A program made the position numbers and the translations under genes. The notes under the pieces are model-generated. The model had not been told where the DNA came from. It made no database searches and saw nothing but the letters and a program-made list of their open reading frames with translations. Positions 27,045 through 37,736 of a stretch of DNA of 64,000 bases are shown one piece after another. Position 1 is the stretch's first letter; every line of letters starts with the position of its first letter. The stretch is from Ferruginibacter sp. (GTDB lineage: Bacteria > Bacteroidota > Bacteroidia > Chitinophagales > Chitinophagaceae). Where the stretch lies: contig JBKJKD010000144.1 in NCBI GenBank assembly GCA_046597635.1, positions 2,905 through 66,904 on the forward strand. Reading direction: 5' to 3'.

Positions 27045-28064
27045 TTAGTAACTCCACAAATCCTGCTCGTAGTTAAATATCTTGTCCTTGATATTTTCAC
27101 CTTCCAGCAGCTGTAGAATAACATTTTCGTTTAACCCTTTATAATTTTTAATAAACTGATCGTACGGGTTGTCAATAGTGCTTTTTATAATTCTTCCGTA
27201 GAACATGCGACTTTCGAACAATTCCTCCCAACTCATGCGGGCTCCAAAGTTCTTGCCATTGTAAACTTCGTACTTAGCGAAAGTCTCCCTCATGTCAGGA
27301 TAATATACCCAAAATAATTCAGTTGGTCCAAGATCTACACCCTGGCTGGTAATAACATTTTTTACCGGGGCTATTCCTAGGATACGCATGAACAACCGTG
27401 AGCTCTCTTTATCAAAAATCACTTCTTCTTTTATCCTGAACTTGTAAAATGAGTCGAAACTGATATCGTTTACCATTTTTTTAGTCCCCGTTAGTTCCCC
27501 ATTTTCGTTGTAAATAGGAACATCAATAGGATCTCCAGATACCACTTTGGCTACTTCACCTTTGGTCATTGGTGTTGTAAAACGATCATCTACACTACTA
27601 AAAACAGTTACCACATCATCCTGTATGGCCTGGAGTAAAATAGAAATAAAGCGTTGGTTCCCATTATTCTCATCGGCTGAGTATCTAAACGGGAGGTTGA
27701 TCTTCTCTCTCGTATCAATTTCTCTCCAAACCTTATGGCGATAAACGGCGTCATCTGCACGCAGATGCTCATAGGCAAGTGGAGTTCTGTCTCTGAGTAC
27801 CGTGGTTTCTACTGCCTCATCGGGCCTAAGAGACTTCTTAACCGCTTTGAGGGGCAAACTGTCAATTGCTGGTGCTGCTACTGCTGCCATGGCGGCCACA
27901 GTATCCACGGTAGCAACCGTAGGCTTCACCTTTGCTTTTGTTTTTGTAGCGGTCGCCCTCTTCGTAGAAGTTCGCTTCTTTACTGGTTTTTTCTGAGCCA
28001 TGGCATCAGAGAAGCCACAGATCAAAATAGCCAGGAATAATAATTTAATAATACGCTTTTTCAT
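27045..28064 (-). CDS. gldN: Gliding motility / T9SS protein GldN
   Basis: YEHLRADD..Y...VWREIDTREKIN.PF, F.IKEE..FDKE.SR, LFWVYYPD.R, IFNYEQDLWSY; last gene of KLMN. Confidence 0.93.
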   Translation of the reverse strand: MKKRIIKLLFLAILICGFSDAMAQKKPVKKRTSTKRATATKTKAKVKPTVATVDTVAAMAAVAAPAIDSLPLKAVKKSLRPDEAVETTVLRDRTPLAYEHLRADDAVYRHKVWREIDTREKINLPFRYSADENNGNQRFISILLQAIQDDVVTVFSSVDDRFTTPMTKGEVAKVVSGDPIDVPIYNENGELTGTKKMVNDISFDSFYKFRIKEEVIFDKESSRLFMRILGIAPVKNVITSQGVDLGPTELFWVYYPDMRETFAKYEVYNGKNFGARMSWEELFESRMFYGRIIKSTIDNPYDQFIKNYKGLNENVILQLLEGENIKDKIFNYEQDLWSY

Positions 28065-28075
28065 ACCTGTAAGTT

Positions 28076-29566
28076 TTAATATAATGCGATTGATTTACCA
28101 TCTATCGACCTGGTTCCATCGGGACCAGAAACCTTGATGTTATCGAAAGAAATAACCGAGCCAGGACCACATCTTTGCATGTAAGTTTGAAGGCCAGCTA
28201 AGCTGTTACTTGTAATGGAAGCTGTCACAACATTAGGGAAATTAGCACCTGAGAAATAAACAGTAGCACTTACCACATTGTATTTAAGATCGAAATCGAA
28301 GGCCTCTAAATCGGCACGGCAGAATTGTTGCTGCTTAAATTCGATAGACGGCATTCTAATTTTACCAGACCCAACTTTAAAAACAGGATCAGGAATTCTC
28401 TTAACCCTGAAAGGGTAAGTACTGGGTTTACCATCCGGGCTAACCGTTATAGAAGCGGCACCGATTGCTGAAACCCTTACGGTTCTTTTTGATCCCGAAC
28501 CGCTAATGGTTCCTCCGCTCATGCTCACGGTAGTTTTATCCCAACCTGTAGGTGAACCGATAGTTACCGGGTTGTCCACACCAATATAGAATACGTTCAT
28601 TTTATCCAGCATTACAGCAGCACCACCGGGTGTACCTACCGTATACTTAATTGTGTAGGGCAGTGAGGCTTTTGTGCCATCAGGCTTAGTATAATTAACT
28701 ACTACTGCTACGCTTCTTTCTCCACCACCTTCGGCGGTAAATTCTTTTTCAGCGAAACCCTCGGCATTTACAGATACACCGGCACCACCAATAGAAATAA
28801 CAGGCTGCGCAGCAGTGCTATAAGCACCCACACCAGCAGTAATTTTCACTTTTTCGCCTGGCATTACATAGTTAGAACTTTGGCCAACAATAGCAGCGAA
28901 CTTATCGTAGATCACTTTAACTTCTCCAATCTTGTTGTGAGCAAAAGTTACCACCTGGTTTTCAGCGTTCTTGATATTGTTCTGCCACTTGCTAAGTAAA
29001 GTTATGGCAGCCACAGTAGGCATCATCCTAAAATTAGGCGTTGTTGCATCTTTATTTGGGTCCACTTCTACAGGTAGAGTTGTCTCAAATGCAGCCTTAA
29101 TCTCAGGGTCAATATTTAACATCGCAGCTCTGTAAGCCTTTAATTTTTCATCTAATTGTTTTCCTTTCTTGTCTGTGTCAAAAATGCGGGAAGTTGCATT
29201 CAAATCATCTTCCTTATATTTTTCCTTTCCACCTTCTTCAATAGTCAGGCCAGAAGCCGTTTTTAACTCTTTTTTTAGGCCATCAATATAAGCCATCATT
29301 TCTGAGGATAGCTTTTTGGCCTGCTCTGCTTTCGGTGCCCACTTCTCTGCATTAGCTTTCGAAGTAGGATCAGATAATTTAGCGGCCAAAGACTTGAATA
29401 AAGTTGCATTCGAAGCTTCTATATTGGTATTTGAGTTTACTAAACTTTTATCTACCGTTTTAAAAGCTTCTATAACTTCAGCCGATACGTTTAGCGCCAG
29501 GATAGCCGTCAACACCAAGTACATGATGTTGATCATCTTTTGCCGGGGCTCTTTTGGTAAAGACAT
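28076..29566 (-). CDS. gldM: Gliding motility / T9SS motor protein GldM
   Basis: MSLPKEPRQKMINIMYLVLTAILALNVSAEV, KMNVFYIGVDNP, FRVKRIPDP. Confidence 0.96.
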   Translation of the reverse strand: MSLPKEPRQKMINIMYLVLTAILALNVSAEVIEAFKTVDKSLVNSNTNIEASNATLFKSLAAKLSDPTSKANAEKWAPKAEQAKKLSSEMMAYIDGLKKELKTASGLTIEEGGKEKYKEDDLNATSRIFDTDKKGKQLDEKLKAYRAAMLNIDPEIKAAFETTLPVEVDPNKDATTPNFRMMPTVAAITLLSKWQNNIKNAENQVVTFAHNKIGEVKVIYDKFAAIVGQSSNYVMPGEKVKITAGVGAYSTAAQPVISIGGAGVSVNAEGFAEKEFTAEGGGERSVAVVVNYTKPDGTKASLPYTIKYTVGTPGGAAVMLDKMNVFYIGVDNPVTIGSPTGWDKTTVSMSGGTISGSGSKRTVRVSAIGAASITVSPDGKPSTYPFRVKRIPDPVFKVGSGKIRMPSIEFKQQQFCRADLEAFDFDLKYNVVSATVYFSGANFPNVVTASITSNSLAGLQTYMQRCGPGSVISFDNIKVSGPDGTRSIDGKSIALY

Positions 29567-29627
29567 AAATAAATATTATTAGTTGTTTTTATGAAATGTT
29601 GTTTGGATTTAAAAGCGTGCAAGAAAA

Positions 29628-30389
29628 CTACCTGCCTTGCATAGCGCTAAGCATGTTACCATACACAGCATTTAGTTTGCTCAGGTTGGTTGCCAATGCA
29701 CCAATTTGATCTTTCGCTTTGTTGGCGTCATCTACAGAATTCATCATTGCCTGGCTGGCTTCAGCCATTTTACCGTAGAAACCATTCAAGGCTTTCAGAT
29801 GATTGTTACTTTCATTTAGTTCCAATTCATAAATAGTATTTAAAGAACCGAGGTTCTTAGTCAAAACCTGAACCTGCTCATGAAAACCTTTTGCACTTTC
29901 AGAGGCATTGTTAAACGAAGCCATCGTATTTGCGCTGTTGGTAAATGAGGTAGCCATATTGCCAATAGCCACAGTTGCTTCTTTGGTTTTTATACCAAAA
30001 TCGTTCGTACTTTTTACCACATCACTTACATCTGACATACCGTTAACGGTAGTACCCAGTTTGTTGAAGCCCTCGCCCAGTCTTTTAAGATTTGCAGGAG
30101 TAATGTCAGCTTCTTGTAGCATCTTGTCCATTGATTGCAGAGCGGGGTTGCCACCGGCAATTGCCAAAACTGGTTCCTCGTCATCTTCTTCATGGTGTTT
30201 AGGCTTTACCCACTCAATGGCTGCATAAACAAGAAAGATTGCAGTCTCTGTCCACATCCCGACAGTTAATAAGACATCAGCATAGGCCTGGTGAGTTAGT
30301 TTAGCCCATGCTGCAAAAATAATAACGGCAGCGCCGGCACTTACCAACACATCGATTACTGTTAAAAAGGTTCTTTTCTTTTGAGCCAT
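29628..30389 (-). CDS. gldL: Gliding motility / T9SS motor protein GldL
   Basis: Two N-terminal TMs (GAAVIIFAAWAKL.H, GMWTE), LN.IYELEL, LNAVYGNMLSAM. Confidence 0.96.
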   Translation of the reverse strand: MAQKKRTFLTVIDVLVSAGAAVIIFAAWAKLTHQAYADVLLTVGMWTETAIFLVYAAIEWVKPKHHEEDDEEPVLAIAGGNPALQSMDKMLQEADITPANLKRLGEGFNKLGTTVNGMSDVSDVVKSTNDFGIKTKEATVAIGNMATSFTNSANTMASFNNASESAKGFHEQVQVLTKNLGSLNTIYELELNESNNHLKALNGFYGKMAEASQAMMNSVDDANKAKDQIGALATNLSKLNAVYGNMLSAMQGR

Positions 30390-30534
30390 TGTTTTAGATT
30401 TTAAAGAGTTTTAGTGGGGGTTGTTTGAGATTTTAGAATTACATCGGTTAAATTACCCGTTCTATTGTTACATAGAACGGGTAATTCATAAGTTTATTTC
30501 AAAAAAAGAAAATATTACTCTTAAGCTGGGAAAG

Positions 30535-31830
30535 TTATTTTCTGCGGCTTGCAGATGGTGGTAAGTCAATCACACACCTAAATCCAATGTATGATTTTGA
30601 GGTATCCTGGTATTCATAGTTCCTTGTGCTTGTTTGGAGAAAATGTCCTACATCTTTCCAACTGCCACCACGCAAAACCTTGCGCTTCATTCTAGGAGGA
30701 TCTGAGTCTTTTGCAGTCCAACGAATATCCGGATTCATATCATGTTGAAAGTTGTAACCACCCTCATAATAAAGAGAGGAAGTCCATTCTGCTACGTTTC
30801 CGGCCATGTTATACAAACCGAAGTCGTTGGGCCAGTATGCGTCTGCCCTTACAGTATAGAAGCCACCATCTTCAGGATAATTACCACGACCTGGTTTAAA
30901 ATTGGCCAACAGACAGCCTTTTTTATTTCTTAAGTAAGGTCCGCCCCATGGGTAAGGGCTTTGTGAACGACCACCTCTTGCAGCATATTCCCATTGCGCT
31001 TCTGTGGGTAAACGGTAATCAGTTTCTGAAGTTCTTTTTTTACTTTCAAGAAAGCTGTTGTAAAAATTAGTTCTCCACTCGCAAAATGCAGATGCTTGTT
31101 TCCAGTTCACGCCTACCACAGGGTAATTACCATATGCAGGATGACCAAAGTATTTTTTAGCCATTGGCTCATTGTAAGAGTAGGCAAAATCTCGCACCCA
31201 GCATAAAGAATCTGGATAGACAGGAATCTGTTGCTTCATAATAAATGCCGAACGGGGAATAGTAACGTCACGGTTACTTGCGGCTGCCTTATAATCAAAT
31301 ACCTCGGATTGATATACAATCTTTTTAGCGTCTAGTTCTTTCTTGCCAAATATCCTATTATCAGGTGTAAGAATGATAGCATCAATTTTTTCAATGGTTG
31401 CTTTATCGCCCCACTTGATTGTTTTTACCTTGGTCCAGTCCACTAGTTCTACACCGTCAGGACTTTGCTTTACAAAACCCATTAGTTTGGCAGCAATAGA
31501 ATCCCTAACCCAATTGGTGAATTGGCGATATTCGTTATTGGTCACCTCTGTGGCGTCCATCCAGAAGCCGCTAATTGAAACTTGCTTGTTACGGGCAGTG
31601 TAGGCGTAATTGACGTCTTCGTCACTAGGACCCATATGAAAGGTTCCTGGCGGTACGTAAACCATGCCAAAGGGCTTTGGCATTGACCATCTAGCCGATG
31701 GAGCAACTCCATGTAACTGACCGTCGTTAGCCAGGGAGCCAGATTTCTTTTTGCCGCTGAGCATTTTACAGCTAGAAGCAGAGGTTACGATAGCAGTAAC
31801 TGCTAAGAGATAGAATATCCGATTGTTCAT
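30535..31830 (-). CDS. gldK: Gliding motility lipoprotein GldK (start moved to MNNRIFY)
   Basis: Lipobox ASSC, FGE-sulfatase-like GMVYVP.G.F.MG, YPVVGVNW.QA..FC.W, LPTEAQWEYAARGG. Promoter TACATTTG at 31862-31855 overlaps the longer TTG start. Confidence 0.95.
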   Translation of the reverse strand: MNNRIFYLLAVTAIVTSASSCKMLSGKKKSGSLANDGQLHGVAPSARWSMPKPFGMVYVPPGTFHMGPSDEDVNYAYTARNKQVSISGFWMDATEVTNNEYRQFTNWVRDSIAAKLMGFVKQSPDGVELVDWTKVKTIKWGDKATIEKIDAIILTPDNRIFGKKELDAKKIVYQSEVFDYKAAASNRDVTIPRSAFIMKQQIPVYPDSLCWVRDFAYSYNEPMAKKYFGHPAYGNYPVVGVNWKQASAFCEWRTNFYNSFLESKKRTSETDYRLPTEAQWEYAARGGRSQSPYPWGGPYLRNKKGCLLANFKPGRGNYPEDGGFYTVRADAYWPNDFGLYNMAGNVAEWTSSLYYEGGYNFQHDMNPDIRWTAKDSDPPRMKRKVLRGGSWKDVGHFLQTSTRNYEYQDTSKSYIGFRCVIDLPPSASRRK

Positions 31831-31989
31831 TTTTAAAACTTTGAGGGGTAATAGCAAATGTAATGATTATTTTGACTTAACATCAACTGACTAAATTTCG
31901 TTTTGGTTAAATTTTCTTCACACTTTCAAGTTCTACAGATTAATATAAACGATGCTATTAGACAATTATTGTGAGTCGTATTTTAAATT

Positions 31990-34050
31990 CTATCTATTTT
32001 TTAGTGAACTAATCAGCTCCTGTACATTATAAACGGGCTTTCCGCAGCTGTAGTTTTTGCATAAGTAAATAGTTACGGGCTTTTCATAATCTTTTTTACT
32101 CAAGAGTGGCAAATCGAATTCCTTCTCACTGCTCTGAAGCACTTTATTGGGCAGAAACTCCTTTATCAAAGTTGATAGTGATGGTCCTATGCTCGCCCCG
32201 GTCAATACTATTTCGTTGATACCTACAGTTTGCAAAAGGTATGCCCCTGCCCAAACTGCAAATGATGTAGGATGCTTTTTCATGCCATTGAACACTCCCC
32301 TGATCATTTGGTGCCCCCTTTCCAACCAGTCCTTTTCATCTAATATTATGCCAAGGTAAAGGAGGTTATGAGCCATAATCCCATTGGCAGAAGGCGTTGC
32401 ACCGTCATACAATTCAATTTTTCTTACCACTATATCTTGTTGGCCATGATGCGTGTAATACAGGAATGGACTTTCCTCGTCTCCAAAATTATTTACAACA
32501 TGCTGGGTCAATTCTTTTGCTCTTTGCAAGTACTGCTGGTTGGAAGTTACCTCCTGCAACTGAATGCAGGCTTGAATATAATATGCATAGTCATCTAAAA
32601 AAGCAGGAAATTTGGCTTCCCCGTTTTTATAGGTATGCTTCAGCCCGATGGAATCGTCCCTGAATTTTTGCTCTATAAAATCATATAGTTCCATAGCTGC
32701 AATCTTATAACCCTCCTCTCCAAGGGCTGCGTATGCCTTGCAAAAGGCGGCTATAAGTAGTGCATTCGCATTCAGCAAGATTTTATCATCGGTGCCTGGG
32801 GCAACTCGTTTATTGCGCTCAGCCAGCAAGAGTAATTTCCATTTTGCAAGTTTATCTTCCCAATCTTGCGGGGTCATATCGTTTGCTTCTGCAAAACTTT
32901 GCAGATCCTCTTGTATGTTGAAAATGTTCTTGCCCTCCCAATTACCTTGCTCGGTAACGTTGAAGTAGCTACAAAATAATCCTGCATCTTCACCCAAGAG
33001 TTGCTCTATTTCTTGTTTTTGCCAAACATAAAATTTTCCCTCTATCCCTTCACTGTCTGCATCAAGGGCTGCAAAATAGCCACCATCGGAATGTTTCATA
33101 TCCCTCACCAGGAACTGCAGGGTGCTGACAATGGCATCCTTAAATATCTTTTGGCCACTTACCTGGTAGGCATCACACAATACATCTACCAGCAAAGCAT
33201 TATCGTACAACATCTTTTCAAAATGAGGAGCCAGCCATTCATTATCTGTACTGTACCGTGAAATACCGCCTGCCAGTTGATCGTAGATACCACCTTTTAC
33301 CATTTTTTGCAACGAAAACAAAGCATGTTGTTTACCTTCCTCTTTTTTGAAAAGCTCAGCGTATTGCAACTGGTACTTGAGCGAAAAAGTATGCAGAAAT
33401 TTGGGCGCTTTACCATAACCGCCATCTACCGTATCTGCATTTTTTAAAAACTGCGCAGCCATTAGACGACAATCGTCTGCATGGTAAAAAGAAACTGTTT
33501 CGGTTAGCGGTACAAGGTTTTTAGCATCTGCAAAACTGTTAGACTTTTGAATATGGCCTATCAGCCTGTTGGCCTGGTCCTCTACTTCGCCTCTTTTGTT
33601 TATCCAAATATCTGCCATAGAATGCAGCACATCCGACCACGAAACCCGGTTAAAAGCTTTCTCTGGCGGAAAGTACGTTCCGCCATAAAAAGGTTTTGCG
33701 TCAGTCGTTAGAAAAACATTCAACGGCCATCCGCCATTGCCAGCAATAGCCTGCAGGGCATCCATGTAAATGTGATCAAGGTCTGGCCGCTCTTCCCTAT
33801 CTATTTTAATGTTGATGAAATGCTCATTCATATACTCAGCAATGGATTCATTCTCGAAACTTTCCCGCTCCATTACATGGCACCAATGGCAGGCTGAGTA
33901 ACCTATACTCACCAGTATTGGTTTGTCTTGCTGCCTTGCAAGCTTTAAGGCCTCCTCACCCCAAGGGTACCAGTTTACCGGATTGTGAGCGTGCTGTAAA
34001 AGATAAGGGCTCGTTTCGTTAATGAGCGCATTGTTGTATTTCGTTTGCAT
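31990..34050 (-). CDS. YyaL/DUF255 thioredoxin-domain protein (SPATA20-like)
   Basis: [48 protein letters not shown]. Confidence 0.94.
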   Translation of the reverse strand: MQTKYNNALINETSPYLLQHAHNPVNWYPWGEEALKLARQQDKPILVSIGYSACHWCHVMERESFENESIAEYMNEHFINIKIDREERPDLDHIYMDALQAIAGNGGWPLNVFLTTDAKPFYGGTYFPPEKAFNRVSWSDVLHSMADIWINKRGEVEDQANRLIGHIQKSNSFADAKNLVPLTETVSFYHADDCRLMAAQFLKNADTVDGGYGKAPKFLHTFSLKYQLQYAELFKKEEGKQHALFSLQKMVKGGIYDQLAGGISRYSTDNEWLAPHFEKMLYDNALLVDVLCDAYQVSGQKIFKDAIVSTLQFLVRDMKHSDGGYFAALDADSEGIEGKFYVWQKQEIEQLLGEDAGLFCSYFNVTEQGNWEGKNIFNIQEDLQSFAEANDMTPQDWEDKLAKWKLLLLAERNKRVAPGTDDKILLNANALLIAAFCKAYAALGEEGYKIAAMELYDFIEQKFRDDSIGLKHTYKNGEAKFPAFLDDYAYYIQACIQLQEVTSNQQYLQRAKELTQHVVNNFGDEESPFLYYTHHGQQDIVVRKIELYDGATPSANGIMAHNLLYLGIILDEKDWLERGHQMIRGVFNGMKKHPTSFAVWAGAYLLQTVGINEIVLTGASIGPSLSTLIKEFLPNKVLQSSEKEFDLPLLSKKDYEKPVTIYLCKNYSCGKPVYNVQELISSLKNR

Positions 34051-34115
34051 AATTAATAGCTTAAAACCTACAGCGCAGGCATAAAAAAAGCAACCCTAAG
34101 AGTTGCTTTGTAAAA

Positions 34116-34904
34116 TTATTTTTTTTTGACCGAGAGCAGGAATTTTTCAAGTGCGCTGATCATACTGGGCGTTTGTGGCAAAGGGGCTTTTATTTCGAGT
34201 GTGAGACCGGCTTCTTCTGCGGCCTTAAAAGTATTAGCGCCAAAGGCTCCTATTTTAGTTCCGTTTTGTGTGTAGGACGGGAAGTTTTCCAGCAAGCTTT
34301 TTACGCCACCGGGCGTAAAGAAACAGATAACATCGTAGTTACGGCCAATCACTTCCTTAATATCGTTGCTAATGATTTTGTAAAGTACGGGGGTAGCAAA
34401 ACCACAATTGTGCACTTTTAGCCAGTTGGTAATTTCACTGTCAAAGGACTCTGAGCAAGGATATAAGAACTTCTCGTTGTCCTTGTGTTTGTTAATCACA
34501 TCAAAGAGACTTTTATTGGTACCATCGGCGCCATAAAAAACCTTTCTCTTTCTGTACAAGATAAATTTCTGAAGATAAAGGGCAACAGCTTCTGTGATAC
34601 AAAAATACTTTGTGTCCTGCGAAACGGTAGTCTTCATCTCATCGCAAATGCGAAAGAAATGATCAATTGCATTACGGCTTGTAAATATCACAGCGGAAAA
34701 AGCAGCAATGTCTATCTTTTGCCTACGAAAATCCTTGGAAGCAATGCCTTCTACCACTATAAAAGGAAAAAAATCGATGTTTAAGCTATACTTCTTTGCG
34801 AGATCAAAGTATGGAGACTTAAGACCCTCAGGTTTTGGCTGAGCTATAAGTATTTTTTTAACTTTTCTGGGTGCAGTTACCACCATCTTTTCGTGTATGG
34901 CCAT
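34116..34904 (-). CDS. hemD: Uroporphyrinogen-III synthase
   Basis: ILIAQPKP...SPY, FTSRNAIDHFF, YLQKFILYRKRK; Bacteroidota HemD pattern. Confidence 0.85.
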   Translation of the reverse strand: MAIHEKMVVTAPRKVKKILIAQPKPEGLKSPYFDLAKKYSLNIDFFPFIVVEGIASKDFRRQKIDIAAFSAVIFTSRNAIDHFFRICDEMKTTVSQDTKYFCITEAVALYLQKFILYRKRKVFYGADGTNKSLFDVINKHKDNEKFLYPCSESFDSEITNWLKVHNCGFATPVLYKIISNDIKEVIGRNYDVICFFTPGGVKSLLENFPSYTQNGTKIGAFGANTFKAAEEAGLTLEIKAPLPQTPSMISALEKFLLSVKKK

Positions 34905-34934
34905 ACTTATTTTACCTAATTGATATACACAAAG

Positions 34935-35822
34935 TTAAAGATTTTTAACAATAAAAATGCTAACTGCTTTGTATATAAGCATTAGTGGCAATATCTCCAT
35001 GGCCAGGATGTACAACAAGAAATGGAAACGGCTCACATTTAATTTATGCTGCAACAAACTATATGATCTGATAAACCTTAGCAACAAAAGGATACCCACT
35101 ATTAAAAATGACAGCACCGCCGCAAAATTAGCAATACGACTTTCGGAGAAAGACAAAATAACAATAATGGGTAGCAGGCAAATACCTATTATTTTATTGA
35201 TCAAAAACAAAACGAAAGTATAGGTGTCAGCTTCGGTTTGATAACCCGTAACCCAGCCCACAAATTTGAGCGTAATAGATTTTACGACATACACTATCAT
35301 AAATATGGCGATGCATGAACCCAACAATATCCAATTAACTGCCTTACCTGCGGTGCCTAGTCTTTCAAATAAAAAATAGGCATAAAAGCCTCCGGCATTC
35401 AAAAAAATGAGGTTGAAGAAAAGCGAGGGCAGTTTAGATTGTGCTAACTGATCAGTAAGTTGGCTCTGCCTCAACGAACTGTTGAAGAATACCCTGAATA
35501 AGGTTGTAAAATAACGGTCATAGACAGTTCTTATGATGCCGAAAAAAAATATTAAGCCGGCCAGTAAATAAAACAATGCATCTTTTTGTGGGGGTTGACG
35601 ATGTTTAATGATGAAGCTCGTTGGAGCATCTCTAGTATTTATGTAACTGTTCTCATCCAACAATTTTTGCAGTGCGGTGGCTCTTGAAGCAGTTTTTACC
35701 GGTAAACTGTCAACTGCCTTTATAGCTGAGTCAGCCAGTGGAACCAGCGCTGAGTCTACCCGCTGCGCAGTTGCAAAGCTGTAAGCCAGCGTGAAAAATA
35801 TAAGGAGGTAAAAATATTTCAA
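34935..35822 (-). CDS. DUF4271 domain membrane protein
   Basis: TTG start, several TMs, ends FHFLLYILAMEILPL; usual neighbour of hemD. Confidence 0.8.
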   Translation of the reverse strand: MKYFYLLIFFTLAYSFATAQRVDSALVPLADSAIKAVDSLPVKTASRATALQKLLDENSYINTRDAPTSFIIKHRQPPQKDALFYLLAGLIFFFGIIRTVYDRYFTTLFRVFFNSSLRQSQLTDQLAQSKLPSLFFNLIFLNAGGFYAYFLFERLGTAGKAVNWILLGSCIAIFMIVYVVKSITLKFVGWVTGYQTEADTYTFVLFLINKIIGICLLPIIVILSFSESRIANFAAVLSFLIVGILLLLRFIRSYSLLQHKLNVSRFHFLLYILAMEILPLMLIYKAVSIFIVKNL

Positions 35823-35873
35823 TCGGGTTATATGTTTTGGGCCGCAAAAATAGCAGGCATTTTTCGAAATTTA

Positions 35874-37697
35874 TTAAAAGTAGTTGATATAGCCGAAATG
35901 AAGTTTAGAGGCTTCCCGGATGTTGAATTTCACATCATCCCTTTTACCCACGGCATAAGTCACATTAAGTAGTCCGGCCTTTGTTTCAAAAAGAATACCC
36001 AAACCACCGCCTACAAACTGGTTGTTTGCATTTACCGCCTGGTATTTATTTTTTGCCATCCCAATATCGGTAAAGGCAAAGAGGTAGGAGTTGAGTCCTA
36101 CGAGATACCGGTATTCGGCAGTAAAAACGGCGTACCGGCTGGCATAAATGCTTTCTTCGTTAAAGCCTCGCAACAGTTTATAGCCACCAATTTGAAAAAG
36201 TTCATTCCTAAAAATTTGTGGACTGTTGTAGTACCCACCATTCAAAGAGGTTTTGAGGGTGCCAGATTTTGAAAGTGGGAAAAAATGGGCGGCAGCAACT
36301 TTTATGCGCACCTGATAGTTTTTAGATTTCACAGAATCATACAAACTTGCATAATTAAAATTTGGATCCTTAATGGCAGTAATGTCACTATTTTGACGAA
36401 TGTTCTTGACTCCCACCACGGTTAAAACATTTACTTCATTACCCCGTCGGGGGTTGAACCGGTAATTGGTGCCATTCAATTCGTAGTTGATACCAACATT
36501 AACCGCACTCACATCAATATTGGGAGGAAGCTCTTTTTGTTGTTTAATAAAATTGGTATCTATGGCGCCAGCTAAGAGGGTATTGTTTTGCCATTGTAAA
36601 AACAACTTGCCATGCTGGTTGGCAGAGAGATTGTATTGAATGCCCGCCTGTGCATTTACCTGTAAAAAATTAGAATCTTTTTTAAAGAGATCGAATAAGA
36701 AATTAACGCCAAAAGGAGATCGGAAAACATAGGGCTTGGTAAAACCAAGGTTAAGACGTGGCGACTTTGCCTGAAGTTGTTGCCATTTCAACAGTATTTC
36801 TTCAGCTCCACCAAACATATTTTTTAAATCAAGGTTTACATCACCGGTTAGTTGCAGCTTGCTGTTTTCTGAAGATGCCGGCAAAAAGCCGATCAGGAAA
36901 TTAACCTGGCTACTTTTCCTGGGCTGGGCGTACAAATTTAAAACGGCACCGCTGCCCAACATGGTAAGATCTGACGGTTGCACTGGTGTAAGGAAGGGCA
37001 ACTCTAACATACGCTTATCTACCTCCTGCAATTTTGTTTTGCTATAAATACTACCATTGGCGATGCTCAAATATTTTTGTAAAAAAGCTTTGTCTAATTT
37101 TACTTTACCATACATGCGTATGCTGTCTATGTGGTACAATACGCCCTTGTCTGCCTGTAGTGTTGCGTTCATATTGCCTTCCTGTATTTGTATACTATCC
37201 AGGAAAACGGCGGCAAACGGGTAACCCTGGTTTTCATAAAATCTTATTAGCCGCTCCTGCAAGTTCTGCACCTGCGCAATGTTCAATGGCTTGCTGCTAA
37301 AATTCCTTTGGGAAAAACCGGCAGCATCAAGCGCCTGCTTATCTATATTGTTAGTAGAAAGTTGAACCCAATTAAATTGTTGCCCTGTGTACAATGCAAT
37401 GTGAAAGCTGTCATTGTGCCGCCAAAAACTATCCACAGATGCCACAGGATAACCTTTAGAAATAACTAGGGCAGGGAGTTTGTTTATATAACTGACGGCG
37501 TCTATCTCAGTAGCAAAACCAGTTTGTATTCCCAAAGAAGGAATGGCAAAGCCGCTATCTTTGCCCACAAAATGAACGAAGAGCGCAAAGGGCTTTTTAT
37601 CATCTGCAGGTTTTTGCGACCGGACATTGCTGTAGATGCAACATAGCAAAAAGCAGATAGTAAGCATGGTCAAATTAAAGGCGCCCTTCTTCTTCAT
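35874..37697 (-). CDS. POTRA + Omp85 (TamA/BamA-like) outer membrane protein
   Basis: Y...GYPFA POTRA repeats, FQIGGYKLLRGFNEESI, ends HFGYINYF. Confidence 0.85.
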   Translation of the reverse strand: MKKKGAFNLTMLTICFLLCCIYSNVRSQKPADDKKPFALFVHFVGKDSGFAIPSLGIQTGFATEIDAVSYINKLPALVISKGYPVASVDSFWRHNDSFHIALYTGQQFNWVQLSTNNIDKQALDAAGFSQRNFSSKPLNIAQVQNLQERLIRFYENQGYPFAAVFLDSIQIQEGNMNATLQADKGVLYHIDSIRMYGKVKLDKAFLQKYLSIANGSIYSKTKLQEVDKRMLELPFLTPVQPSDLTMLGSGAVLNLYAQPRKSSQVNFLIGFLPASSENSKLQLTGDVNLDLKNMFGGAEEILLKWQQLQAKSPRLNLGFTKPYVFRSPFGVNFLFDLFKKDSNFLQVNAQAGIQYNLSANQHGKLFLQWQNNTLLAGAIDTNFIKQQKELPPNIDVSAVNVGINYELNGTNYRFNPRRGNEVNVLTVVGVKNIRQNSDITAIKDPNFNYASLYDSVKSKNYQVRIKVAAAHFFPLSKSGTLKTSLNGGYYNSPQIFRNELFQIGGYKLLRGFNEESIYASRYAVFTAEYRYLVGLNSYLFAFTDIGMAKNKYQAVNANNQFVGGGLGILFETKAGLLNVTYAVGKRDDVKFNIREASKLHFGYINYF

Positions 37698-37736
37698 TTA
37701 CAAAACGATGTTTTCTAAAACGTAAATTTACAATCT

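Noticed and set aside
27880-27990. Lys/Ala/Thr-rich N-terminal stretch of GldN as a separate domain or repeat
   Set aside because: Short low-complexity linker after the signal peptide with no DNA-level repeat unit.
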